The notes under the pieces: model-generated
Database searches by the model: none
Told to the model about the DNA's origin: nothing
What the model saw: only the letters and a program-made list of their open reading frames with translations
Program-made: the position numbers and the translations under genes
Shown here: positions 36,751 to 45,066 of the stretch, in pieces
How positions within the stretch are numbered: the stretch's first letter is position 1
Layout of the letters: each line of letters starts with the position of its first letter
Assembly (NCBI GenBank): GCA_016204255.1
Contig: JACQLA010000005.1
Coordinates: 68,339 to 132,338 of the forward strand
Origin: Candidatus Microgenomates bacterium
GTDB lineage: Bacteria > Patescibacteriota > Microgenomatia > JACQLA01
Length of the DNA stretch: 64,000 bases
Direction of reading: 5' to 3'

Positions 36751-38970
36751 ATGAAGCAGACCGTCCTTGCTGTTTTTTTTATTGCCATAATTGTCAGTCT
36801 TGTCGCGGTTTCTTTTACTATAAATCAGGTGGGTCAAGAAGAAAAACGGCTAAGTGTTGATCTCCAACATCGCTCAACGCTTCTTGCAGAAAGTCTTAGG
36901 GAAACCATCGAACCAAACTTTATAAATAAATCAGATAAGTATTTGCAGGATGTTGTAGAAAAGTTTGCGAATAAAGAAAGATTTGCCGGGCTGGCTGTCT
37001 ACGACAATAAAGGAATTGTCATTGCTATTTCTTCTAGTTTGCCCAAAGAAATTTCGGAGTCACAAAAAATTGCTTCTGATGTTATGGATGGCGACAAAGC
37101 CAATGGCGACTTTATCACCTTTGGTGATAAAAAAATGTACCTTTTTGCGATTCCTCTTCGTGATGAAAAAAGCGTAGTTGGGGCATTGATGATTGCACAA
37201 AATGCCGGGTATATCGACTCACGCTTGCAAGAAATTTGGAGAAACAATTTAATAAGATTATTTGCGCAGGTTTTTCTCCTATCAATTGCCGTGATTCTTT
37301 TTTTACAATGGGTTATTTATAAACCTATGCGGAATCTGGTGGAATCTTTAAGGCTGGCCCGATCAGGAGCAAGGTCCCTTGCTATTCCAATCCATCCATT
37401 TTTCCAACCACTGGCTAAAGAGATTTCAAACATTAATCGCAGTCTTATAGAAGCGCAGTTAAGCGCCAGCGAGGAAGCAAGAATGAATCTGGAAAAATTA
37501 GATTCTCCCTGGACCGAAGAAAGATTAAAGGAATTTGTAAAAGATATCTTGAAAGATAAATCAATCGTTGTGGTTTCAAATAGAGAACCATATATTCACA
37601 CTAAAGTCGGGAATAAAATTAATTATTATTTTCCGGCAAGCGGCATGGCAACCGCAATTGAACCAATGATGCAGGCCTGCGGAGGAACTTGGATTGCTCA
37701 CGGAGGCGGAGATGCCGACAGACTCACAGTTGATAAGAATAATGAACTCCAGGTCCCGCCTGATGAACCAAAATATACCCTAAGACGAGTCTGGCTAAGC
37801 GAGGAAGAAGAAAAGGGATATTATTATGGTTTTTCCAACGAAGGAATGTGGGCTCTGTGCCACATAGCACATACTCGGCCTATTTTTAGAAAAAACGACT
37901 GGGAGGAGTATAAAAAGGTGAATGGTAAATTTGCCAAAACTGTGCTTACCAAGATACGAGATCTTCAAAACCCCATCATCTTGATTCAAGACTTTCATTT
38001 CTCTCTTTTGCCGCGAATGATCAAAAATAGCAGGCCCGATGCAACAATAGGACTTTTTTGGCACACCCCTTGGGTCAGTGCAGAGTCCTTTAGTATCTGC
38101 CCCTGGAGAAAAGAAATTTTAGATGGTATGCTGGGCGCCGATTTAATCGGCTTTCATATTCAGCTTCATTGCAATAACTTTATTGAAACCGTTGGAAAGG
38201 AGCTTGAATCTTTGATTAACTTTGAACAATTTACTATCACTCGAGATGACCATATTTCATTAATAAAATCTTTCCCCATCAGCATTGCTTTTTCTAACGG
38301 GAAGTCACAACAGCAAAAAGAAAACTTCGATAAGGAAGGACTTTTAAAAAGCTTGGGGATAAAAACAAAATATATCGGAGTTGGGGTTGACCGCCTGGAT
38401 TACACAAAAGGAATTTTAGAGCGCATCAAAGCAATTGAAATTTTTCTTCAAAACTACCCCTCATATCGGGAGTATTTTACTTTCATTCAAATCGCCGCAC
38501 CAAGCCGGAGTAAAATAAAAAGGTATCGGGAGTTTGCTCAAGAAGTAGAGAAAGAGGTAGAACGTGTTAACTCACGCTTTAAAATAAAAAATTGGAAACC
38601 GATAATTCTTATAGAAAGACATCACAGCCATGAAGAAATTAATCAGTTTTATCAACTCGCTAATTTTTGCTTGGTGACGTCTATCCATGATGGGATGAAT
38701 TTAGTGGCCAAAGAATTTGTTGCCGCAAGAAACGATGAAATGGGTGTGCTTATTTTAAGCCAGTTTACTGGTGCTTCACGGGAACTAAAAGACGCCCTGA
38801 TTGTTAATCCATACAATGGAGAACAAACTGCTGAAGCAATATACACTGCTTTGTCTATGAGGGCTTCCGAACAAAAAAAGCGCATGAAAAAATTAAGGGG
38901 AACCGTTAGAAACTATAATGTCTACCGTTGGTCAGCTGAGTTTTTGAAAACTTTAGTAAATTTAAGCTAA
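36751..38970 (+). CDS. otsA: trehalose-6-phosphate synthase (GT20) with N-terminal TM-sensor-TM-HAMP-like module
   Basis: From about residue 270 the sequence is a canonical GT20 OtsA core (VVVSNREPY, WIAHGGG, GFSNEGMWALCH, IQDFHF, LFWHTPW, GVDRLDYTKG, DGMNLVAKEF, ILSQFTGA). Residues 1-270 contain two TM helices flanking a ~150-aa extracytoplasmic domain, then an amphipathic HAMP-like linker. Confidence 0.87.
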   Translation: MKQTVLAVFFIAIIVSLVAVSFTINQVGQEEKRLSVDLQHRSTLLAESLRETIEPNFINKSDKYLQDVVEKFANKERFAGLAVYDNKGIVIAISSSLPKEISESQKIASDVMDGDKANGDFITFGDKKMYLFAIPLRDEKSVVGALMIAQNAGYIDSRLQEIWRNNLIRLFAQVFLLSIAVILFLQWVIYKPMRNLVESLRLARSGARSLAIPIHPFFQPLAKEISNINRSLIEAQLSASEEARMNLEKLDSPWTEERLKEFVKDILKDKSIVVVSNREPYIHTKVGNKINYYFPASGMATAIEPMMQACGGTWIAHGGGDADRLTVDKNNELQVPPDEPKYTLRRVWLSEEEEKGYYYGFSNEGMWALCHIAHTRPIFRKNDWEEYKKVNGKFAKTVLTKIRDLQNPIILIQDFHFSLLPRMIKNSRPDATIGLFWHTPWVSAESFSICPWRKEILDGMLGADLIGFHIQLHCNNFIETVGKELESLINFEQFTITRDDHISLIKSFPISIAFSNGKSQQQKENFDKEGLLKSLGIKTKYIGVGVDRLDYTKGILERIKAIEIFLQNYPSYREYFTFIQIAAPSRSKIKRYREFAQEVEKEVERVNSRFKIKNWKPIILIERHHSHEEINQFYQLANFCLVTSIHDGMNLVAKEFVAARNDEMGVLILSQFTGASRELKDALIVNPYNGEQTAEAIYTALSMRASEQKKRMKKLRGTVRNYNVYRWSAEFLKTLVNLS

Positions 38971-38972
38971 TC

Positions 38973-39854
38973 ATGAAGGTCTTTCATAAACCTATAAAAA
39001 ACGATTATTTCCATGCGCTTCAAAGGCTTGAAATGGCCTTAAAAAAGGATGATTCTCAAAATTTAGATCTTCGCGAGTTCTGGAAAGGAGTGGTTCGAGA
39101 CCCTGAAGGACGGTGGACAAAATATTGCGCCCAAGGAATTAAATATTTTAAATACGGTAAACAATCTAGACCAAATCTAACCACTAAAGAAGACTTTAAT
39201 TTCATAATCGCTGCAATCAAACAGGAAAAAGCCTTTCTTAAAGGTCTTCAGAACAAAAGCTTTCGTAACTACAAACACTGGCTTATTACCCTACATAAAA
39301 AACAGGCCTATAAAGGCCATGGAGGCAGAATTTTGCCTAAAAGGAGGATTTCAATGGGCGAACACAGCAAAATAGTTAAAGATGCTGTTTTGCCTTTAGC
39401 AAAAAAATATTCCGACCCCTATACCAATAGCGGTTTACAAGTTCTGCGGTTAGCCGGAATAGGTCGGAATGGACGGCCTATGGATGAGTGGAAAAACAAA
39501 AACGAAGTTATCCATTATTATCCCGACCCAGATTATTTTGATGATTACCTTCAAATAATGAAAAAAAAACTGCAGGAATTTACTTACGAATCAACAAAGC
39601 CTTTTAGCATGAACATTTTAATTTTAATTGCAAACTATTTCCAGTATGGCGTTAACACGCACCTGTTTGAAGACATTAACCAAAGCTTGTTCGCCAACCA
39701 GGCAAATGCGATGCTAAAATACTTGGGATTAAAACCGGTTGAGCAGGGAATTCTTGATTTTACAGCGATGAGATTGCAACCGAAAAACTTTGCAAGATAC
39801 TTCATTGATGAAGTGAAAAAGGCCAATCCTAACAATCATTTTTATGAAAAATAA
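38973..39854 (+). CDS. hypothetical protein with a degenerate Fic-like motif (HLFEDINQS)
   Basis: The 293-aa ORF starts 3 nt after otsA. The segment THLFEDINQSLFANQANAMLKYLGLKP aligns position by position with the Fic core HPFxDGNGRxxRxxxNxxLxxxGxxP but lacks the G, G and R residues. Confidence 0.6.
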   Translation: MKVFHKPIKNDYFHALQRLEMALKKDDSQNLDLREFWKGVVRDPEGRWTKYCAQGIKYFKYGKQSRPNLTTKEDFNFIIAAIKQEKAFLKGLQNKSFRNYKHWLITLHKKQAYKGHGGRILPKRRISMGEHSKIVKDAVLPLAKKYSDPYTNSGLQVLRLAGIGRNGRPMDEWKNKNEVIHYYPDPDYFDDYLQIMKKKLQEFTYESTKPFSMNILILIANYFQYGVNTHLFEDINQSLFANQANAMLKYLGLKPVEQGILDFTAMRLQPKNFARYFIDEVKKANPNNHFYEK

Positions 39855-40557
39855 TTTACAGAGTTTAGAAAACTTAAAAAGCAGTCTTTTAAAACTTAAA
39901 AATCCGCAAAAAGCCAAGCTTCTTTCCCGATTTTTTAAAACCGGCGATGGAGAATACGGGCAAGGCGATATTTTTCTGGGACTCACCGTTCCGCAACAAC
40001 GCCAAGTCGCCAAAAATCATTCCCATTTAACCCTAAGTGATTTGCAAAATTTACTTTCCTCAAAAATTCATGAGTATCGGCTGAGTGCACTTTTTGTTTT
40101 AATGGCCAAATACAAAAAGGCTGACGAAACAGAAAAAGAAGAAATTTTTACTTTTTATCTTAAAAACACTAAAAATATCAATAATTGGGACTTGATTGAT
40201 CTGTCTGCTCCAACCATAGTGGGGGATTACCTTCTCAATAGGGATAAATCCATTTTATTTAAACTGGCAAAATCCGAAAGTTTATGGGAAAAAAGAATTG
40301 CCATTCTTTCTACTTACACTCTTATCCGCAATAACAACGTTTCTGAAACTTTAAAAATCGCCGAAATTCTTTTAAAAGATAACCACGACTTAATCCATAA
40401 GGCGGTCGGCTGGATGTTAAGAGAAGTGGGAAAAAGAAATCAGAAAGCAGAAGAAAATTTTTTAAAGAAACATTATAAAATTATGCTCCGGACTATGCTG
40501 CGCTACGCCATCGAAAAATTCGGTGCTGAAAAAAGAAAATTTTATTTAGGAAAATAA
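39844..40557 (+). CDS. DNA alkylation repair protein (AlkD/AlkC-like HEAT-repeat glycosylase family)
   Basis: The motifs NPQKAKLLSRFFKTGDGEYGQGDIFLGLTVPQQR, NNWDLID and HKAVGWMLREVGKR are typical of the family. Confidence 0.83.
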   Translation: MKNNLQSLENLKSSLLKLKNPQKAKLLSRFFKTGDGEYGQGDIFLGLTVPQQRQVAKNHSHLTLSDLQNLLSSKIHEYRLSALFVLMAKYKKADETEKEEIFTFYLKNTKNINNWDLIDLSAPTIVGDYLLNRDKSILFKLAKSESLWEKRIAILSTYTLIRNNNVSETLKIAEILLKDNHDLIHKAVGWMLREVGKRNQKAEENFLKKHYKIMLRTMLRYAIEKFGAEKRKFYLGK

Positions 40558-40583
40558 ATCATTCAAAATTTACTTAAGGTAAA

Positions 40584-41747
40584 CTAGTCAAATCTGAGAG
40601 CGGAGAGCATCTGGTTAAAAGTTTGAACAAGGTTTTGTTTTATGGAGCTTTCATTGTCAACATAAAGAGAAATTATGTAAGACAAGTCGTTTTTGTTGAA
40701 AAATATCTTATGGGTATAAAGTTTAATCCCATTCGTTCTATCATCTTCCACCCACTCAATTTTATTAGCCTTCACTCTTCCTAAATTGATTTCAGCTGCG
40801 CGACTACCCGCACGGCTTTCCGCATTGCTAATTAGCACATCAAGTGGGGTGGATCTGACTGCAATATCAATCACGCCTTTACCAATAAAATTTTTCGCCT
40901 CTGGACGAGAAATAGAACGAGAAGAGAGCAGTTCGGAGTCGGGCGCCTGTAACTCTGAACTTAGAAGCATATCAGAAGGGTAACTTACCTTAAATCCATA
41001 TTTTTCATTTTTATAAATTTTCCAGCCAGTAGTGTTGCCAGCTTGGTTTTGATCCAAAAATTTGAAGGTAGAGAGGATTTGATCAACACCTGTTATGTAT
41101 GAACCACTATACTGTTTTATTGTTGGCCACCTAACTATGTAAAAATAGTTTCCTTGCAAAGCAATAAAGGTCGTTATTGATTCAAATGCGTCGAAATCAA
41201 ATTGTATGCCAGTTAAGGACCCATAGGTTTTTGCCACCCTATTTGCCACTGACGTTGAGGGTTGTATTGTGGCTTCAATCGATTTGATATAGTCGTCTAT
41301 TGTATTTATTGTTCCCACGCTCGTATCTCCTTTAGACATTCTTGCAATGGTAATAGAAAAACCTGACCTGGTGTCAGAACCTTGCTTATAATCGGGAGCC
41401 GTAATAAAGACACAGGAATCATTTGAATCCTGGATAAAATATTTCTGCGCGTTCCATTCCTGTGGATATTTTACTGAAAAACTACAAGATGATATATATG
41501 TTTTCCAATTATTAGTAGTTGGGTCTGCGGACTGGGTAATTGACGGTTCGGGGGCAAGGATTGGAAAAGGAGAGGGGCCCTTGAATGCTTGTTTTTGGGA
41601 ATATTGCCAGCCGGCGTAAAAAATACTTGTGGCAAGTAGTGCTCCGATAACTAAGAAGCCAGTCATCCAAAATTTTCTGAAAGGAACCACTATCGGTCTT
41701 TCCGCCGAATCCGACTGAATTTTCTGATCTGAATTATCTTCTTCCAT
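40584..41747 (-). CDS. hypothetical membrane-anchored exported protein with two related domains
   Basis: It has an N-terminal TM anchor. A repeated signature occurs (WKTYISSCSFSVKYPQEW and WKIYKNEKYGFKVSYPSDM). Confidence 0.6.
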   Translation of the reverse strand: MEEDNSDQKIQSDSAERPIVVPFRKFWMTGFLVIGALLATSIFYAGWQYSQKQAFKGPSPFPILAPEPSITQSADPTTNNWKTYISSCSFSVKYPQEWNAQKYFIQDSNDSCVFITAPDYKQGSDTRSGFSITIARMSKGDTSVGTINTIDDYIKSIEATIQPSTSVANRVAKTYGSLTGIQFDFDAFESITTFIALQGNYFYIVRWPTIKQYSGSYITGVDQILSTFKFLDQNQAGNTTGWKIYKNEKYGFKVSYPSDMLLSSELQAPDSELLSSRSISRPEAKNFIGKGVIDIAVRSTPLDVLISNAESRAGSRAAEINLGRVKANKIEWVEDDRTNGIKLYTHKIFFNKNDLSYIISLYVDNESSIKQNLVQTFNQMLSALRFD

Positions 41748-41788
41748 TCCTATAGTTTAAATCTATCTTCGGAAAGTTGTCAAATTAA

Positions 41789-41956
41789 TGTCATTTCGAA
41801 TGGAATGAGAAATCTAAAAAGGGCGCATCTAAACGATGCCTAAATGCGTCTGTCATTGCGAGGAATCTCGCCAGAGGCGGATGACGAAGCAATCTAGATC
41901 GGGTAGATTCCTATATCAAGATTGCCAACGCCTCATTTTATTCGGCTCGCAATGAC
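41789..41956. repeat. GTCATT-type palindromic elements, copy b (half element 41789-41815 + full 105-bp element 41852-41956)
   Basis: The arms gtcattgcgag (41852-62) and ctcgcaatgac (41946-56) form a perfect 11-bp inverted repeat. The inner pairs are gaggcg/cgcctc and gcaatct/agattgc. The half element tgtcatttcgaatggaatgagaaatct is 25/27 identical to 43092-43118. Confidence 0.8.
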
Positions 41957-42005
41957 GTAAAGGAGCAAACTATAGGGACTCAAAAGATAATACTGGATTG
42001 GGGGA

Positions 42006-43022
42006 TTAATCTTTCACTGTTTCCAGTTGGCTGATTTCCTCGTCGGCGACACTTTCGCCTAAAGATTGTGTGGAGGTGAGTTTTTGGCCAAGCATGGTAA
42101 AACCAGAGGCAACATTACTCATCTGATTATAGGCATTTTGGATATGACGTCCCAAAACCCCCAAATTTTCATCGACCTTATTGTAATCTTTTTGAATCGC
42201 GCGGATAGCAGCCAAAATTGCTCTTGCCCGGGACTCGATTTTTTGCCCCTCAAATGACATTAAAATTGCCTTCATATAGGCGTAAAAGGTCATCGGCGAA
42301 ACCGGCAAAACTCCTTTTTTCCCGGCGTAATCAAAAAGATCAGCATTGTTGATTATTTCGTAATAAATAGTTTCAGAGGGGATATACATTAGAGCATAAT
42401 CAATTGTTCCTTCTTCAGTTAAAATATATTTTTTAGAAATATCATCAACGTGTTTTTTGACATCACGGACAAATTCTTTTTCCACGATCTTTTTCTCGGC
42501 CTCGTCTTCAGCGGAGGCCATTTTGCGAAAATTTTCCATAGGGAATTTGGAGTCAACGGGGATAATGCCCGCGGCAGTTTTAATCGCTGCATCCACCATC
42601 GCTCCGGATTTAAAACTGTATTGTAAATGAAAAGACTGTTTAGGCAGCATTTGCCCCAAAAGCTCTTTTAAAACCTGCTCGCCGATGTTTCCCCGCAGTT
42701 TGGGGGAGCGCAAAAATTCCTGGATATCTTTCATTCCCCGGCCGATCTCCGACATCTCGCCGATATTTTTTTGGACCTGGGAAATAACCCGGGCGGCATT
42801 ATCGAGTCTTTCGTTTAAGGATTTTGTCGAAAGAGCAATGCTTTGGGAAAAAACTTTATTTTGATCGTCCATTCGCGCAGAGGTGGATTTAAGCCATTCT
42901 AAAAGTTCTTCGTTGGGACCATTTTTTTCACCAATTTGGGAGATTTTTTTATTTAACCAGAAGGCTAATCCCGCAAAGGTTAAAAGGACTAAAGCCAAAA
43001 GGAGATAGATTTCATTTCCCAT
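42006..43022 (-). CDS. rmuC: DNA recombination protein RmuC
   Basis: It has an N-terminal TM helix, a coiled coil, LRSPKLRGNIGEQVLKELL and a C-terminal nuclease-like domain (DAAIK...IPVDSKFP). Confidence 0.88.
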   Translation of the reverse strand: MGNEIYLLLALVLLTFAGLAFWLNKKISQIGEKNGPNEELLEWLKSTSARMDDQNKVFSQSIALSTKSLNERLDNAARVISQVQKNIGEMSEIGRGMKDIQEFLRSPKLRGNIGEQVLKELLGQMLPKQSFHLQYSFKSGAMVDAAIKTAAGIIPVDSKFPMENFRKMASAEDEAEKKIVEKEFVRDVKKHVDDISKKYILTEEGTIDYALMYIPSETIYYEIINNADLFDYAGKKGVLPVSPMTFYAYMKAILMSFEGQKIESRARAILAAIRAIQKDYNKVDENLGVLGRHIQNAYNQMSNVASGFTMLGQKLTSTQSLGESVADEEISQLETVKD

Positions 43023-43092
43023 AAATTTAAGGACTTTGGAAGTTTTTGTATTTTATCATTTTTTAACATAAAATTAAATTACAACTAATTCT

Positions 43093-43220
43093 GTCATTCC
43101 GAATGAAATGAGAAATCCCGCCTTGTTGCGAGGCAGGTAGGCGCGAAGTGCCTCAATTCACGCTTCGCTAGATTTCTCGCTGGAGTTTACACTGAGCGTG
43201 ACGAATGTGCTCGAAATGAC
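43093..43220. repeat. GTCATT-type palindromic element, copy c (128 bp)
   Basis: The pairs are gtcattccga (43093-) with tcgaaatgac (43211-43220), gagaaatc with gatttctc, and gcgaag with cttcgc. The element lies upstream of rmuC. Confidence 0.75.
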
Positions 43221-43243
43221 GATGGATTATTTACAATTAAACT

Positions 43244-43594
43244 ATGCGGCGGCGACAGAAACTGGGTCCTAAAATTTTTTTCGCTCTTCTTTTTTGGTTA
43301 GGCTGGGTTTATCTTGTTTTAAGAATTCCTCCTGATAAATTTTACCTTTTAGTTTTGTTTTTCTTTCTTTTTTTTATAGCTTCGGGGTTAACTTTTTCCT
43401 TGATTTTAAAAAACCGGCTTTATGGTTTTTTGTTTGCTGCAATAATCACTGTCTTTTTGCTTTTACGGATTTTAAAAATGGCCAATATTTTAAATCTTGT
43501 CCTACTTTCATCTTTGGGTTTAACCTTGATACTCTTTTTTTGGTCACCCAGGCACAAAAGAAAGTTACCGCCACAAAATTTTCCCCAGCCTTGA
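43244..43594 (+). CDS. hypothetical polytopic membrane protein (116 aa)
   Basis: ORF from the track with three or four hydrophobic helices. Confidence 0.5.
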   Translation: MRRRQKLGPKIFFALLFWLGWVYLVLRIPPDKFYLLVLFFFLFFIASGLTFSLILKNRLYGFLFAAIITVFLLLRILKMANILNLVLLSSLGLTLILFFWSPRHKRKLPPQNFPQP

Positions 43595-43599
43595 GTTTG

Positions 43600-43608
43600 T
43601 GCTAGAAT
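43600..43608 (+). promoter_or_regulatory. extended -10 box (TGcTAGAAT) 9 nt upstream of the metG ATG
   Basis: The box tgctagaat is at 43600-43608 and the ATG is at 43618. No SD sequence lies between them. Confidence 0.45.
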
Positions 43609-43617
43609 AGGCTGCAT

Positions 43618-45036
43618 ATGACTAATAAATTCTATTTGACCACCGCCATTCCGTATGTGAATGCCAAACCCCATATCGGGCATGCCCTGGAATTTATCCA
43701 GGCCGACTGCGTAGCACGCTATCATAAACTTTTAGGCGAGGATACGCTGCTGCTTTCCGGCGCCGATGAAAACAGTTTAAAAAATGTCCAGGCCGCCGAA
43801 GATCGGGGAGTGCCGGTTAAACAGCTTTGTGACGAAAATTCCAAGGCTTTTTCCGATTTATTGGAAAAATTAAACGTTTCCGTCAACATCTTTCAACGAG
43901 CCAGCGAAAAAAAACATTTTGAAAGCAGTCAGAAACTTTGGCAAAGGTGCCAAAAAAATGGGGATATTTATAAAAAATCTTACGAGGGTCTTTATTGTAT
44001 TGGCTGTGAAGCATTTTACACCGAAGATGAATTGGAAAATGGCCTTTGCCCCGAACATAAAACCAGACCGGAAAAAATCAGCGAAGAAAATTATTTTTTT
44101 AGACTCTCCAAATATCAAAAGCAGATCGAAGAGTTGATTGAAGGCGATGAGTTAAAACTTATTCCCGCAACCAGAAAAAACGAGGCTCTCGGTTTTATTC
44201 GGGGAGGACTTGAAGATTTTAGCATTTCCCGCTCGCAAAAAAGAGCCCGCGGCTGGGGCGTTCCGGTCCCAAACGATTCTAACCAGATTATGTATGTTTG
44301 GTTTGACGCTTTAAATATTTATCAAAGCGGTGTCGGTTTTGGCTGGGATGAAAAAAGTTATCAACAATGGTGGCCGGCAGATTTACATATTATCGGCAAA
44401 GGAATTTTAAGGTTCCATGCGGTTTATTGGCCAGCAATTTTACTTTCCGCCGGACTTCCTTTACCCAAATCGATTTTTGTCCACGGTTATATAACTGCCG
44501 GCGGACAAAAAATTTCAAAATCTTTAGGAAATGTTATTGACCCGATTGAAATGATTGAAAAGTATGGTGTTGATTCATTGCGTTATTACCTTCTACGCGA
44601 GATACCAGCCTATAGTGATGGCGATTTTTCAGAAAGAAGATTTAAAGAAATTTATAACGCTGATCTGGCTAACGGATTAGGCAATTTAGTCGCCCGAACT
44701 GTAAAACTTTGCGAAAAGATCGATACTGAATTCAAACCTCTAAAGGCGGCTCTTTCAGAAGATTATAAAAATGATTTAGGTTCTTTTTGCTTCGATGAAG
44801 CTTTGGCCACAATCTGGGACGAAATAAGAAGCCTAGATCGGTATTTAGAAAAAGAAAAACCCTGGCTGATTAGTGATATTTCAAAGCTCTTTCCGATTCT
44901 TGAATTTACTGTGGGACGAATTCTACAAATTGCCTATGAACTTCAGCCATTTCTTCCTGAAACAGCAGAAAAAATTCAAAAACAATTTGCCGGGCCACAA
45001 ATTAAATCCGGACCGCCGTTATTTCCTCGATTGTAA
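43618..45036 (+). CDS. metG: methionyl-tRNA synthetase (short form, no C-terminal tRNA-binding domain)
   Basis: The HIGH-type motif (PYVNAKPHIGH), the KMSKS-type motif (KISKSLGN) and the zinc knuckle CIGCEAF...CPEH are present. Confidence 0.95.
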   Translation: MTNKFYLTTAIPYVNAKPHIGHALEFIQADCVARYHKLLGEDTLLLSGADENSLKNVQAAEDRGVPVKQLCDENSKAFSDLLEKLNVSVNIFQRASEKKHFESSQKLWQRCQKNGDIYKKSYEGLYCIGCEAFYTEDELENGLCPEHKTRPEKISEENYFFRLSKYQKQIEELIEGDELKLIPATRKNEALGFIRGGLEDFSISRSQKRARGWGVPVPNDSNQIMYVWFDALNIYQSGVGFGWDEKSYQQWWPADLHIIGKGILRFHAVYWPAILLSAGLPLPKSIFVHGYITAGGQKISKSLGNVIDPIEMIEKYGVDSLRYYLLREIPAYSDGDFSERRFKEIYNADLANGLGNLVARTVKLCEKIDTEFKPLKAALSEDYKNDLGSFCFDEALATIWDEIRSLDRYLEKEKPWLISDISKLFPILEFTVGRILQIAYELQPFLPETAEKIQKQFAGPQIKSGPPLFPRL

Positions 45037-45066
45037 GCATTAAATCATAAATAATAGATAATCTTT

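Noticed and set aside
43595-43617. T-box or other leader elements upstream of metG (and of valS at 60724-60971).
   Set aside because: The metG spacer is only 23 nt. The valS spacer has no T-box consensus or specifier-loop features that I can recognise.
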